Positions 19,969 to 30,398 of a DNA stretch of 64,000 nt are shown piece by piece (position 1 is the first letter of the stretch; each line of letters begins with the position of its first letter). The notes below the pieces were generated by a model. The model made no database searches. It worked only from the letters and a program-made list of their open reading frames with translations, and had not been told where the DNA came from. Made by a program: the position numbers and the translations under genes. The DNA is from an uncultured Bacteroidia bacterium (GTDB lineage Bacteria; Bacteroidota; Bacteroidia; JAIBAJ01), in contig OZ260106.1 in assembly GCA_965284645.1 (NCBI GenBank), forward strand, positions 2,328,962-2,392,961, read 5' to 3'.

Positions 19969-20943
19969 ATGACTACAAAACGGGTCTCGTCTTTATTGTT
20001 GCATCTTTCGGCCTTGGTTTTGTTCCTGTCGTTTATGCTAATCCATTGGGATGACTACTCCTATGGCCTTTCTGCCTTCAGTGAAACAGCATTCCAGGCA
20101 GCCTTCGTTACCTGTGTACTTTTGGTAGGCGTATTTTATTTGAATTACTTCGTTTTAATACCTCGATTTTATTTAAACAAAAAGTTTATTCATCAAGGCC
20201 TGTCTTATTTTTCGCTTTTTGGATTGTTATATCTGTTTTGTTGTGTGTGGGAGAAAAAGAGCTATCCGGTTGAATTAGGCGCCGTATTGGTGTTTCCGAT
20301 GGCTACAACCCTGGCTCTTTCCTCATTGCTTAGGGTGAATTACCATTGGAAAAATCTGCAAACGGTAAGGAACGACCTCGAAACAGGGCAATTAAAGGAA
20401 CAACTAAGCCCGCATTTCTTGTACAATACATTAAATGGTATTTATTCCTTGGCCTTATTGAAATCAGAAGAAACACCTGAGGCTATTTTGAAACTTTCCA
20501 ATTTGTTAAGGTATGTTTCCAATAAGGAAACGCCTTCAAAAGTTAATGTGGAGGAAGATATCGAATACCTTGAAAATTACATTCATTTGCAACAATTGAG
20601 GGCAGGAGCCACTGCTCAAATTAGTTATCAGAAAGAAGTAAATGCTTCCGGATTGAAAATTGTTCCGATGTTAACCTGGGTTTTTGTTGACAATGCTATT
20701 AAATTTGGAATCAATCCTGAGTTTGATTCACCCATTTCCATTGATTTGAAAGTCTCGGAGCGTAGGTTTTTCTTGAAAGTAATGAACAGGAAAATGAAAT
20801 TACCCCAGAATTTAATGGAACAAAAAGAAGTGGGAACAAGTAAAACTATAGAAGCCCTAAATTTGTTTTATCCGAATAGGCACGAACTTCACATCCATGA
20901 TGATATCGATACCTATACCGTTGAATTGAGTATAAACCTATGA
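19969..20943 (+). CDS. LytS/YehU-type sensor histidine kinase (membrane)
   Basis: N-terminal transmembrane helices plus a His_kinase (PF06580-like) region 'FLYNTLNGIYSLAL'. Confidence 0.8.
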   Translation: MTTKRVSSLLLHLSALVLFLSFMLIHWDDYSYGLSAFSETAFQAAFVTCVLLVGVFYLNYFVLIPRFYLNKKFIHQGLSYFSLFGLLYLFCCVWEKKSYPVELGAVLVFPMATTLALSSLLRVNYHWKNLQTVRNDLETGQLKEQLSPHFLYNTLNGIYSLALLKSEETPEAILKLSNLLRYVSNKETPSKVNVEEDIEYLENYIHLQQLRAGATAQISYQKEVNASGLKIVPMLTWVFVDNAIKFGINPEFDSPISIDLKVSERRFFLKVMNRKMKLPQNLMEQKEVGTSKTIEALNLFYPNRHELHIHDDIDTYTVELSINL

Positions 20944-21647
20944 AAGTTAGAGCCATAGCCTTGGATGACGAACCTTTGGCCCTGCGGGTAATAGAAACCT
21001 TTTGCAGTAAAATCGACTATATGGATTTGCAAAAAACTTTTACTCGCACGGGTGATGCTTTAGAATACTTCGAAAATTTTCCAGTCGACCTGATTTTTCT
21101 GGATATCAATATGCCCGCCATTTCTGGACTGGAGTTTTACAAAAAACTGGGACAAAATACCTTGGTCATCTTTACTACAGCCTATAGTGAATTTGCTGTG
21201 CAAGGCTTCGAATTAAGTGCTTTGGATTACCTGCTAAAACCTATTTCCTTCGAAAGGTTTTCGAAAGCTACACAAAAAGCCTTAGATGCCTGCAAGCTGA
21301 AATCCCAAACCATCAGCAATACCAACTCCTTTATTAATCTGCGTGTTGATTATGGCCTAACCAAGGTAGAATTGAATGAAATACTTTGGATCGAAGGTTT
21401 AGACGATTACCTCAAAATCCACCTTCAAGGCAAAAGGCCATTGGTGGTGCGCATGACAATGAAATCTATGCTTGAGAAACTTCCGCTAACTCAATTTGTA
21501 CGTATTCACCGCTCTTTCATCGTTCCTTTTCAAAAAATCCTGAATGTGCGTAATAAAACGGTTTTCCTCGACCAAAAAGAATTGCCGATTGGACTGAGCT
21601 ATGAAGCTGATTTTATGAGGCAATTTGTAGGTCAATCTTCTTTATAG
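20940..21647 (+). CDS. LytTR-family response regulator
   Basis: REC domain ('LDDEPLAL...LDINMP') plus a C-terminal LytTR DNA-binding domain. 4-bp overlap with the kinase. Confidence 0.85.
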   Translation: MKVRAIALDDEPLALRVIETFCSKIDYMDLQKTFTRTGDALEYFENFPVDLIFLDINMPAISGLEFYKKLGQNTLVIFTTAYSEFAVQGFELSALDYLLKPISFERFSKATQKALDACKLKSQTISNTNSFINLRVDYGLTKVELNEILWIEGLDDYLKIHLQGKRPLVVRMTMKSMLEKLPLTQFVRIHRSFIVPFQKILNVRNKTVFLDQKELPIGLSYEADFMRQFVGQSSL

Positions 21648-22014
21648 GAAGAAAAAAAAGGTTGTTTGTCGATTGAAAGTGTAATTCGCCGCATCTTTTT
21701 TCAAGTTTACCTCAATTTATTTTTTGCCGTTTTCAATCCTTTCATCTTTGTTGCGAAGTTTTATTTCTGGATAGTATGAATAACCAAACAACAACACAAA
21801 AAGACATGAAAACAAATACAACAAATCTATTGGAATTCGGAAAAATCCGTAACCTACGTATTATCATTAAGAAGTAGTTTTCGTCCAATTCCCTGTGGTC
21901 GAAAACTTGGGCCACAAAAAGATTAATCCCGAAAGCGTGCCGATTAGGTATTTTAGTTTACACAAACTAAAACCTAATTGGCACTTTCTTCTTTCAGGCC
22001 TTTCCAAAACTTTC

Positions 22015-23799
22015 TTATTCCTTTACAAATTTCCTAGTCCAAACACGGTCGTTGCAACTTACCTGCAACAAGTAATACCCTGAGGCAAGCGATTCTGACG
22101 AAAACATGAGCAAGCCGCTTTTTTCAGCTCCTTTCATTACGGTATTTCCAAGCATATCATAGATTTCAACCTGTACTGTAGATTTTAAGTCGTAGTTGTC
22201 AGGAATCTCGATAAATAGTTTGTCCAAATTGGGAATGGGAAATACATTCATTCCGGTTTCGCTTTTTTCTGAAACGGGCTTACTTCCCAATATCCTCGAA
22301 TTGGTTACCGAAAAGCAACTCAAGGCTACCTCATCTTCATCAATTACACACAATTGAACGGAATCTCCTCCAAAGACCTGAATTTCCCCGAATGCATTTT
22401 TAAAGTTCATGTTTTCCAATCCGTTTCCACCTTGGTTCCAAAGCGAATCTTTAATTGCAGGTTCTCCAAAAACAGGGGCATACAAATTCAAATAATAGGC
22501 TAAACTGGTATTGGTTACACTCAGTCCGCTGGCATTGATTTCAGGTATTCCTCCATTTCTACCATCATCCATAACATTGTGGTGGGTATCGCCCGAAATA
22601 AACAAAACGTCTTTGATTTGGTTGCTCTCCAAAAAGCTCAAGAGTTCGTTTTGACTGGTTGGATAGCCAGGCCAATAACCACCAAAGGCCAAAGCCAAGT
22701 GCATGCCTGTGCTATTGATACCCTGCGACGAAAGCTGGAATGAATAGGGTTGCAGGCGAATACCAACCTCAATCAACCGCCGCATCGATTTGTTGAAGGG
22801 AACACCGCCCACAATAAATTTCCAATCGGCTGTTGATTGGCTCAATCCGTTTTTCAACCAATCCATCTGTGTCTGACTGATTATCCGATGACCTGTATCG
22901 GGTTGAAACGACCATAAATTGCTATCTGCATTGTAAACAAAAGCTTCGGCTTCGCCATCCTTATCGTTTCTTGTATCCAAAAAGAAAAATTCACAGTTCC
23001 CAGCCTTGAAACTGTGGTAAAGAGCCACGGAAGTATCAGGTAGGGAATAACCAGGAAAATATTCAACATAAGCCTTTTTTACATTGGTTCGGTGCAGGGT
23101 TGGTATGCTGTCAGTAAGGATAAAGTTTACCAATCGCCCATTAATGGAATCGTAATACGACCGGCAATTCACATACTTTGCCGATCCCCAGCCATCATCA
23201 TCATCGTTGATATAATCGATTGGCACACTCCAAAGCATTTCCCGGGTGCGGTTTTCGTCATACCGTCTCCGCCACGATTTCTGCACCGTAGCATAGGTTC
23301 CCGGATAGGTGTCATTCAGCTGATAGCTCGGATACGTGAAATCGCCCGTATGGATAAACAGGTTGGGCTTATGGGCTTTCATTACATCAAAAACCTTCAT
23401 ATTGGCGGTTTCTTGGCAACTTCCGGTGGTAAATTTCAAATAGCTACGCGTACCTACCGTCGGAAAAGTCTTAAAACTTCCACTCCTGTTATCGTATTGC
23501 TCCTCGAAACGGAACCGCAGGTAATAGTCCATATTAGGCAGCAAATTAGAAAGGGTAAAAATGCAGGTGCTGTCTAAATTGGCTTTGGTAGAATCGGTGC
23601 TGGTTTCAAAATTCGTAAAAAGGGAGTCGCTGCTGTATTCTACGACAAAATTTCGGGCTTGGTGGCTGCGGATATAAACCCTAGCGCTGGTGTCGGTAAG
23701 TGCGCCCACTACTGGTCCGTGCGATATAAATTGGGCCGAAAGCTGAATGGAACTGAATAAGGATAAAAAAAGGAAATAGTATTTGAATTTTTGACTCAC
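22015..23799 (-). CDS. PhoD-like/calcineurin-like metallophosphoesterase with T9SS C-terminal sorting domain
   Basis: 'FIHTGDFTY', 'ISGDTHHN', an N-terminal FN3-like region, and a C-terminal domain '...GYYLLQVSCNDRVWTRKFVKE'. Confidence 0.7.
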   Translation of the reverse strand: MSQKFKYYFLFLSLFSSIQLSAQFISHGPVVGALTDTSARVYIRSHQARNFVVEYSSDSLFTNFETSTDSTKANLDSTCIFTLSNLLPNMDYYLRFRFEEQYDNRSGSFKTFPTVGTRSYLKFTTGSCQETANMKVFDVMKAHKPNLFIHTGDFTYPSYQLNDTYPGTYATVQKSWRRRYDENRTREMLWSVPIDYINDDDDGWGSAKYVNCRSYYDSINGRLVNFILTDSIPTLHRTNVKKAYVEYFPGYSLPDTSVALYHSFKAGNCEFFFLDTRNDKDGEAEAFVYNADSNLWSFQPDTGHRIISQTQMDWLKNGLSQSTADWKFIVGGVPFNKSMRRLIEVGIRLQPYSFQLSSQGINSTGMHLALAFGGYWPGYPTSQNELLSFLESNQIKDVLFISGDTHHNVMDDGRNGGIPEINASGLSVTNTSLAYYLNLYAPVFGEPAIKDSLWNQGGNGLENMNFKNAFGEIQVFGGDSVQLCVIDEDEVALSCFSVTNSRILGSKPVSEKSETGMNVFPIPNLDKLFIEIPDNYDLKSTVQVEIYDMLGNTVMKGAEKSGLLMFSSESLASGYYLLQVSCNDRVWTRKFVKE

Positions 23800-23984
23800 A
23801 AAACAGTGTATTAATCGTTTGATTTATAATTCTTTGGTTTGTAAATATAGTAAAAGAATGCTTGCCAAAAAGGTTGAAATGGAAATGGGGGGGAGAGAAG
23901 GTGTTTCATTTTTAGGCGTGCCCCCTTTCGCCCTAAACCATTTGCTCGTAATTTAAACATTTTACAAAGGGCTTCAGGGTCGGG

Positions 23985-24085
23985 CTATACACTGCAAGTC
24001 CTCGCGCCCGTTCGCTTTCGCTCCGTTCAGCTGTGGGCTTTCCGTTCCTATCCCTGCCCGGAAACCTCCGAACCTGGCAGTCTGC
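23985..24085 (-). repeat. Family-1 repeat, degenerate copy E (reverse), followed by a degenerate family-2 5' module
   Basis: 'ctgcaagtcctcg...ctgtgggctttcc...ctatccctgcccg' parallels copy A. 24086-24110 'ttgaaatcaattt' resembles the family-2 start. Confidence 0.5.
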
Positions 24086-24228
24086 GTTGAAATCAATTTC
24101 GTATTCCAAACTTAATCATTTATTAACATTTCAAGTGTTTGGGATTGTGGAAAACCTTGGCTTGCCTATGAAACTAAAGCTCAGATAAGTCGTTTACATT
24201 TATGAACTGTTTTACCTAAACCTAAAGA

Positions 24229-24819
24229 ATGCTTTATTCTTTGCCCTTTATTGCCGCTTTTGTTGGTTGGTTAACCAATTGGATTGCCCTCAAATTGATG
24301 TTCTATCCACAAAAACCAATCAATCTTTATTTCTTTGAGCTACAAGGGATTTTCCCCAAACGACAAAGGGAAGTTGCCCACCAAATCGCCAAAATGGTCT
24401 CCGCCGAGTTGATTTCTTTCAATGATATCCGCACCAAACTCAATAGTCCAGAGCAATTGGCCGATATCAAACAGCATATCGACGAAAAAATAAACGACTA
24501 CCTCTGTCATACTTTTCCGAGTAATTACCCGATTACGTCTTGGTTTTTTGGTCATCACCAACGGCAAGGGATTCGCGAAGACTTAATTCTGGAAGTTGAA
24601 AAATTTACTCCTGAAATCATTCAAAAATATACGGATAATTTGGAGGACGAACTCAATATCGAGCGAATGGTCGGTGAAAAAATAGAAACCATGGATCCTA
24701 TGCATTTTGAAGTCATTATCAATGGTATTTTGAAAAAAGAATTCGCTCTGCTCAGCATAGTTGGAGGCATTTTGGGCTTTACGGTGGGAATAGTTCAAGT
24801 GTTGATTTTGAGTATGTAA
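24229..24819 (+). CDS. DUF445-like membrane protein
   Basis: N-terminal 'LPFIAAFVGWLTNWIALKLMFYP', central 'GIFPKRQRE', and a C-terminal transmembrane helix. Confidence 0.55.
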   Translation: MLYSLPFIAAFVGWLTNWIALKLMFYPQKPINLYFFELQGIFPKRQREVAHQIAKMVSAELISFNDIRTKLNSPEQLADIKQHIDEKINDYLCHTFPSNYPITSWFFGHHQRQGIREDLILEVEKFTPEIIQKYTDNLEDELNIERMVGEKIETMDPMHFEVIINGILKKEFALLSIVGGILGFTVGIVQVLILSM

Positions 24820-24907
24820 AGTTTCAAAAAATTGTTTTGAATTCTTAAACGAATTTGCCCTCATTGGAGAAGAGGTAGTATTTTACGTCCCCATTTTATT
24901 GATTTCT

Positions 24908-25324
24908 ATGACAACAAAAATAAAAATCCAGGCACAAGTAAATACTACTATCGACAAGGTTTGGGAAGCATGGACCAATCCAAAACACATCATCCATTGG
25001 AATTTTGCTACCTCCGATTGGCATTGTCCGGCAGCTACAAATGAGTTAAAAGTAGGTGGGAAGTTTTCAACCACCATGGCCTCCAAGAATGGAGAATTTA
25101 GCTTTGAATTTGGAGGTGTTTATGAAGTAGTAGAATACCCGAGCTTACTCGCTTACACCTTAGAGGATGGAAGGAAAGTGAAAGCCATGTTTGAACCCAA
25201 TGCCGAAGGTGTTTTGGTAACTGAATTATTTGATCCGGAAGACCAAAACCCAATAGAACTCCAAAAGGCAGGGTGGCAAAGTATTTTAAATAATTTCAAA
25301 ACTTATGCAGAGCAATTAGGATAG
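24908..25324 (+). CDS. SRPBCC/AHSA1-like domain protein
   Basis: 139 aa with the Aha1/BPI fold sequence pattern. A paralogue is at 32962. Confidence 0.6.
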   Translation: MTTKIKIQAQVNTTIDKVWEAWTNPKHIIHWNFATSDWHCPAATNELKVGGKFSTTMASKNGEFSFEFGGVYEVVEYPSLLAYTLEDGRKVKAMFEPNAEGVLVTELFDPEDQNPIELQKAGWQSILNNFKTYAEQLG

Positions 25325-25347
25325 TCTAACTTTGGAGGAAAATTGCT

Positions 25348-26445
25348 TTGAAAAAAAACGCTTTACAAATTGAAATCGACGCTTCCTATTTGTATGGCGT
25401 TTTAGCAGATTTGGAAAAGGATCCGGCCATGGTTGCCATTTTTAAACAAATGAGCGAGATTGAATTAAGTCATGCTCATGGTTTTGCTGAAAAAATGGGT
25501 ATACCAATTACCCAATTGCCAAGCCCTTCAAAAAGAGCTCAAGTTTTAAGGCAAATAGGAAAATGGTTGGGCAATGACTATATTCTTGGAGTTTTGTTGG
25601 ATACGGAGAAAAGCCTTTCCAATTCTATTCTGTCCCAACGGAACAAGCAAAAAAGTTCTCCTTCCATTTCAGATACGGCACATGTTTCGATTTTGAAAAA
25701 TATGCTGAACAATCCTCAAAATATTTCAGCATCCAATTTGGCCAGATTTGAAAAGCGGCACCGTTCGATAGGAGGAAATGCTTTGCGAGCGGCCGTTTTA
25801 GGAGGAAACGATGGTTTGGTTTCTAATTTTAGTTTGGTAATGGGTGTAGCTGGCGCTACTAATGGAAATAAGGAGGTTTTGTTGGCTGGAGTTGCAGGTT
25901 TGCTGGCTGGAGCGCTAAGTATGGCATTAGGCGAATGGATTTCAGTTAAAAGTTCTCAGGAATTGTATCAAAACCAATTGGATCTAGAAAAGGAAGAGCT
26001 GGAAACCAATCCTGCAGGCGAAGAGAAAGAATTGGCCTTGATTTATATGTCAAAAGGAATTGAAGCTGAGCAAGCCAAGGAAATGGCAGCTAAAGTGATG
26101 TTGGATGCTGATTCGGCTCACCAAATATTGGTAAAAGAGGAATTGGGTATCAATGCTGATGATATGGAAGGTTCAGCTATGGAAGCCGCTGTTTCTTCCT
26201 TTGTGCTTTTTTCAATTGGGGCAATCATTCCAGTCTTTCCATTTTTCTTTTCTAATGGAATGATTGCTATTTTTTTAAGTGCTGGATTAAGCGCTGTTGG
26301 ACTTTTTGGCATTGGCTCAGCTATTACTTTGTTTACAGGGAAAAGTATTTGGTTTTCAGGTTTTCGTCAAGTAGTTTTTGGATTAACAGCTGCGGCCATT
26401 ACCTTTGGAATCGGAAAATTAATCGGTATCTCTATCGCTGGATAA
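25348..26445 (+). CDS. VIT1/CCC1-family Fe/Mn transporter with N-terminal ferritin-like (rubrerythrin-type) domain
   Basis: N-terminal 'E..E..H' helices, then 'GGNDGLVSNFSLVMG' and the VIT transmembrane bundle. Confidence 0.7.
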   Translation: MKKNALQIEIDASYLYGVLADLEKDPAMVAIFKQMSEIELSHAHGFAEKMGIPITQLPSPSKRAQVLRQIGKWLGNDYILGVLLDTEKSLSNSILSQRNKQKSSPSISDTAHVSILKNMLNNPQNISASNLARFEKRHRSIGGNALRAAVLGGNDGLVSNFSLVMGVAGATNGNKEVLLAGVAGLLAGALSMALGEWISVKSSQELYQNQLDLEKEELETNPAGEEKELALIYMSKGIEAEQAKEMAAKVMLDADSAHQILVKEELGINADDMEGSAMEAAVSSFVLFSIGAIIPVFPFFFSNGMIAIFLSAGLSAVGLFGIGSAITLFTGKSIWFSGFRQVVFGLTAAAITFGIGKLIGISIAG

Positions 26446-26462
26446 ACTAATACATAGTCATT

Positions 26463-26924
26463 ATGGATAATCCTCACTACCATCTTTTATTCAATCATCT
26501 CCCAATTTTAATTCCTTTCGTTGGACTTTTGGTTATGCTTGGGAACTTATATTTTAAATCTATTCCCGTGCAGCGAACGGCCTTGTTGATTTTTGTTTTA
26601 GGAGGAATCACCACATTTTTGGCACACGAATCGGGTGAGGAAGCCGAACATGCCTTGAAAAACGATACCAGCATTAGTCACGACCGTGTTGAAAAGCATG
26701 AGGAAGCGGCTGAACCCTTTACCATTTGCACCAATTTGTTGGGTTTATTGGCCTTGATTGCTTTATGGGCCAGTATTAAACAAAAATCCTTTGCCAACTA
26801 TTTGGCCTATGGAACCATTGTTTTAGCTTCTCTTTCTTTTTATTTCTCCTATCAAACAGGATTAACAGGTGGTCAAATCAGACATCCGGAGATTCGATCC
26901 GAATTACCTACCAATCAAAATTAA
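26463..26924 (+). CDS. Hypothetical membrane protein (four predicted transmembrane helices)
   Basis: Hydrophobic segments with no recognisable domain. Confidence 0.45.
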   Translation: MDNPHYHLLFNHLPILIPFVGLLVMLGNLYFKSIPVQRTALLIFVLGGITTFLAHESGEEAEHALKNDTSISHDRVEKHEEAAEPFTICTNLLGLLALIALWASIKQKSFANYLAYGTIVLASLSFYFSYQTGLTGGQIRHPEIRSELPTNQN

Positions 26925-27126
26925 AGAGATCAATTTGAACGTAGTTGGTCTCCGAATAGCCTAATAAAAGAAAAGAAGTTGATTTAATAGGTGAAATATG
27001 CATTTTTAAAGACGAATAATTTGTTTTTGTAGAAAATCCTATAAAAAGGATTGTTGTTGAGCCTTTCCTTTGATATTTCAAACAATATTTATCTTTTCTT
27101 TGTTTTTAGAAACAGATACGCAATTT

Positions 27127-27849
27127 ATGAAAATAGGCTTGGCCCAAATTCAGCCCAAGAGTGGAGATATAAACCATAATTTAAAGCTGCACTTGGATTA
27201 TTTGCGTTTAGCAGATGAGAATGGGGCTGATTTAGTCTGTTTTCCTGAACTTTCCCTTTCAGGGTATGCACCTCATTTAGCCCATCAACAAGTTTCAAAT
27301 ACATTGGATAGTCTATGGGATTCCTTTCAATTGTTTTGCAATAGAACCGGAATTGTAGCCTGTATTGGTATGCCTTCCTCCGGATTGCTAAAACCTCGAA
27401 TTTCAATGTTTGTGGTTCAGCCTCATACCCCAATTCAAATATATTCCAAGCAAAAGATACACCAAGACGAACAGCCTTATTTCGAAGAGGGTGATACGGA
27501 TTTGCTTTTGGATTGGGGAAAGGAGAAAATTGTACCCGCCATTTGTTACGAATCCTTGCATGAAGACCATGCCAAACGTGCCAAGGCCAGTGGCGCTACT
27601 ATTTATTTGGCCAGTGTGGCAAAATCAGCCGGTGGATTAGAAAAAGCCCAAAAGTATTATCCTAAAATGGCGGCTGATTTGGGATTAAAGGTGGGAATGG
27701 TTAATAGTTTCGGACCACAGTCTGATTTTCATAGTGTTGGTCAATCCGCCATTTGGAATGCCGATGGAACTGCACTTGGAAACCTAAGTGCTGATCAAGA
27801 AGGACTCCTCATTTGGGATGTGGAAAGTGCTACCTTTAAGGCGGTTTAA
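27127..27849 (+). CDS. Carbon-nitrogen hydrolase family (nitrilase/amidase-like)
   Basis: 'MKIGLAQIQP...LVCFPELSLSGY' and an 'AICYE' catalytic Cys context. First ATG is at 27127. Confidence 0.8.
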   Translation: MKIGLAQIQPKSGDINHNLKLHLDYLRLADENGADLVCFPELSLSGYAPHLAHQQVSNTLDSLWDSFQLFCNRTGIVACIGMPSSGLLKPRISMFVVQPHTPIQIYSKQKIHQDEQPYFEEGDTDLLLDWGKEKIVPAICYESLHEDHAKRAKASGATIYLASVAKSAGGLEKAQKYYPKMAADLGLKVGMVNSFGPQSDFHSVGQSAIWNADGTALGNLSADQEGLLIWDVESATFKAV

Positions 27850-27900
27850 ACTATTTTGCCTTGCCCTACTTTCCTTCAAGATTTAAATGCCTTAGCAACC

Positions 27901-28470
27901 ATGAATAATTCTTATTTAACTAGTATCCGCAAACAGTTTGATTACTATAAAATGCTAGGTGATAAAACCATGAACAAACTTTCCGATGAACAACTTTTTT
28001 GGCAAGCTAATTCGGAGAGCAATAGTATAGCTACCTTGGTTTACCACCTAAGCGGAAACATGCTATCACGTTGGACCGATTTTCTAAATTCCGATGGGGA
28101 AAAGGAATGGCGAAATCGGGATGCAGAATTTGAAAATGAATCACAATCCCGCCAACAGCTTTTGAATCGGTGGGAAGAAGGATGGCGTTGCTTTTTTGCT
28201 GCACTTGAATCACTAACCGAATCAGATTTAGAACGCCTAGTTTATATTCGAAACCAAGGCCATACCGTTCTAGAAGCTATCAATAGGCAATTGGCCCATT
28301 ATCCTTACCACATCGGTCAAATGGTTTTTTTGGGTAAATTGCTTTGTGGTCCCAATTGGGAAAGTTTGTCTATTCCCAAAGGCAATTCTTCTACCTATAA
28401 CCAAGAGAAATTCTCAAAGCCCCAAGAAAAGGGCCATTTTACGGATGATTTTTTAGGAAAAAAGGAATAA
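27901..28470 (+). CDS. DinB/YfiT-like (DUF1572-type) four-helix-bundle protein
   Basis: 'LVYHLSGNMLSRW' and 'HYPYHIGQMVFLGK' His-containing helices typical of the DinB superfamily. Confidence 0.55.
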   Translation: MNNSYLTSIRKQFDYYKMLGDKTMNKLSDEQLFWQANSESNSIATLVYHLSGNMLSRWTDFLNSDGEKEWRNRDAEFENESQSRQQLLNRWEEGWRCFFAALESLTESDLERLVYIRNQGHTVLEAINRQLAHYPYHIGQMVFLGKLLCGPNWESLSIPKGNSSTYNQEKFSKPQEKGHFTDDFLGKKE

Positions 28471-28573
28471 GGTAATTGTTTGTGTATCAAATGTTCTAGT
28501 CTTTTTATCGTACTAGTTTATTCTTTCTAGAAGGTAAAGAATTCCTACCTTTGATTCCCTATTCAAATATCTC

Positions 28574-29368
28574 ATGCAGCTTAAATCTCTTGCCATTTTT
28601 TATTTAGGTTTTATCTTGTTTTTGGGCTCTGTTTTTGTTCAGTCATGCGACCGTAGAAACGATGGTGCTAAGGAAGAACAGGTCGCTCTCAGTCCAGAAG
28701 ATGAAACTTCCATAAATGATAGCCTTGGGAATCAGCTAACCAATAGGATGCTTATGAACGATACTTCAACTTATCCGAACAGGGTCATCCTTACCGGTTT
28801 AGCTCAACATCGATTGGTGAGTATTTATAAACGAATCAAACATAAAGATAATCGCTCAGGTTCTTTCTATAGTCCATCAGAAGGTGGATACTCCGAAGAG
28901 AACAACGAACATTTCATGCCCGGAATTGATGTATTATATGGATTCAACTTGGTCAATATTTCCCACTACGACTTCCAAACCGAAAAGCAAAACCTCTTGT
29001 TCAAAAGACCTGTTTTGATAAAGTCCTTATATTACCCTTCCTTTGTTCAAGATTCCATTGACAATAAGCCTGTAAACCGGGATTTTTACCTGGTTTCAGT
29101 TTATGATGAAGATACCAATAAAGACACTTTGCTGAACCGTAAAGACCTCCGACATTTTTATTGGTTTGATGCATCTGGGGCGCAAAGTTTGAGTTTGCTT
29201 CCACCTGATTTCTCGGTGCTCCGTTCGGATTATGACCCTAGTAATGATGTGATGTATCTCTTTGCCAAACAAGACAAAAACAAGAATGGAATGGTCGAAA
29301 GCAATGAACCTATTCATTTGTTTTGGATAAGTCTCAAAAGGCCTGAAAAAGCTAAATTGGTGTATTGA
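28574..29368 (+). CDS. Hypothetical lipoprotein
   Basis: Signal peptide and lipobox 'VFVQSC'; no recognisable domain. Confidence 0.5.
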   Translation: MQLKSLAIFYLGFILFLGSVFVQSCDRRNDGAKEEQVALSPEDETSINDSLGNQLTNRMLMNDTSTYPNRVILTGLAQHRLVSIYKRIKHKDNRSGSFYSPSEGGYSEENNEHFMPGIDVLYGFNLVNISHYDFQTEKQNLLFKRPVLIKSLYYPSFVQDSIDNKPVNRDFYLVSVYDEDTNKDTLLNRKDLRHFYWFDASGAQSLSLLPPDFSVLRSDYDPSNDVMYLFAKQDKNKNGMVESNEPIHLFWISLKRPEKAKLVY

Positions 29369-29389
29369 ATTTAAAACCGTTTTTTAGGC

Positions 29390-29881
29390 ATGGAATTATC
29401 AGTTGCACTTAGGTTAAAAAAGAAAATAACAACATTTACCCTTCTCTTTATAACCGGCTTGGTGTTGAGTGGTTTAACCGCCTTTCCAATCGAAACCCTA
29501 TTGGCCTTTGGTGCTCAGCATATTTCAAATTTTCCACCTGCCTTTCAAGCATGGTATTTAAAGGTGTATGAGGGCGTTCGGATTACGAACCTAGCCTATC
29601 CTTTTTTGGCATACGGAACCGATTGGTTGGCCTTTGCACATTTGGTGATTGCTGTAGTATTTTTTGGACCGCTTAAAGATCCTGTCCGAAATAAATGGGT
29701 GTACCAATTTGGAATGATTGCATGCTTTATGGTTTTTCCTTTGGCATTTGTTTGTGGACCAATTCGAGGAATACCTTTCTATTGGACATTGATCGATTGT
29801 TCGTTTGGAGTGTTCGGTTTTGTTCCACTTTATTTGTGTTATAAATGGACAAATGAATTGGAAAGTATTGCTAATCAATAG
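29390..29881 (+). CDS. Hypothetical membrane protein
   Basis: Four hydrophobic helices. Confidence 0.45.
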   Translation: MELSVALRLKKKITTFTLLFITGLVLSGLTAFPIETLLAFGAQHISNFPPAFQAWYLKVYEGVRITNLAYPFLAYGTDWLAFAHLVIAVVFFGPLKDPVRNKWVYQFGMIACFMVFPLAFVCGPIRGIPFYWTLIDCSFGVFGFVPLYLCYKWTNELESIANQ

Positions 29882-29977
29882 GTAAATAAAACAAACAGGC
29901 TATTTTTAAAGTTAAGGATTATTTACTGCTAGTTTGTATCTTAAAGAAAATACTACATTAGCTGAAATATCCTTTAA

Positions 29978-30388
29978 ATGGCTAATTTTTCCATTGGCAC
30001 CAAAGATGCCCCACTATTACTCAAAACTCCACCTCTAAGTTCGGAATACACCATGCATGTGGAAGCCAAAGATGGCAAGGATGTATTGGTTTGCACCGTT
30101 GGGAAAACCGTTTTGCATTACAATATCCAATGCCTCGACGATTTGCATGCCATGCTAAAAAAACATGGCGATTGGATGGAATTGGGAAGTGCGGATGAGC
30201 AAAAGCCAGCCAAAGAAGGCACAGTTGAGGCTTGGGGCCGCTCTTCCGAAAACCCAGTTGGAGGTTGGTATGGACTTAAAAAAGGCTTGCGAGGCCGTTT
30301 TGGTATGTATATTCCACCCTTGATGGAAGCCTTAGGGTTGGCCGAACTTACTCATGAAGCCAAAGGAAATAAAATGAGGGCAAAATAA
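29978..30388 (+). CDS. Hypothetical protein
   Basis: 136 aa, soluble, no recognisable motif. Confidence 0.4.
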   Translation: MANFSIGTKDAPLLLKTPPLSSEYTMHVEAKDGKDVLVCTVGKTVLHYNIQCLDDLHAMLKKHGDWMELGSADEQKPAKEGTVEAWGRSSENPVGGWYGLKKGLRGRFGMYIPPLMEALGLAELTHEAKGNKMRAK

Positions 30389-30398
30389 AGGTTTCGAT

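Noticed and set aside
21880-21910. Hairpin 'tgtggtcgaaaacttgggccaca' as a terminator of the PhoD-like gene
   Set aside because: It lacks a U-run on either strand, and it lies upstream of the minus-strand gene's stop (22015). No terminator call.
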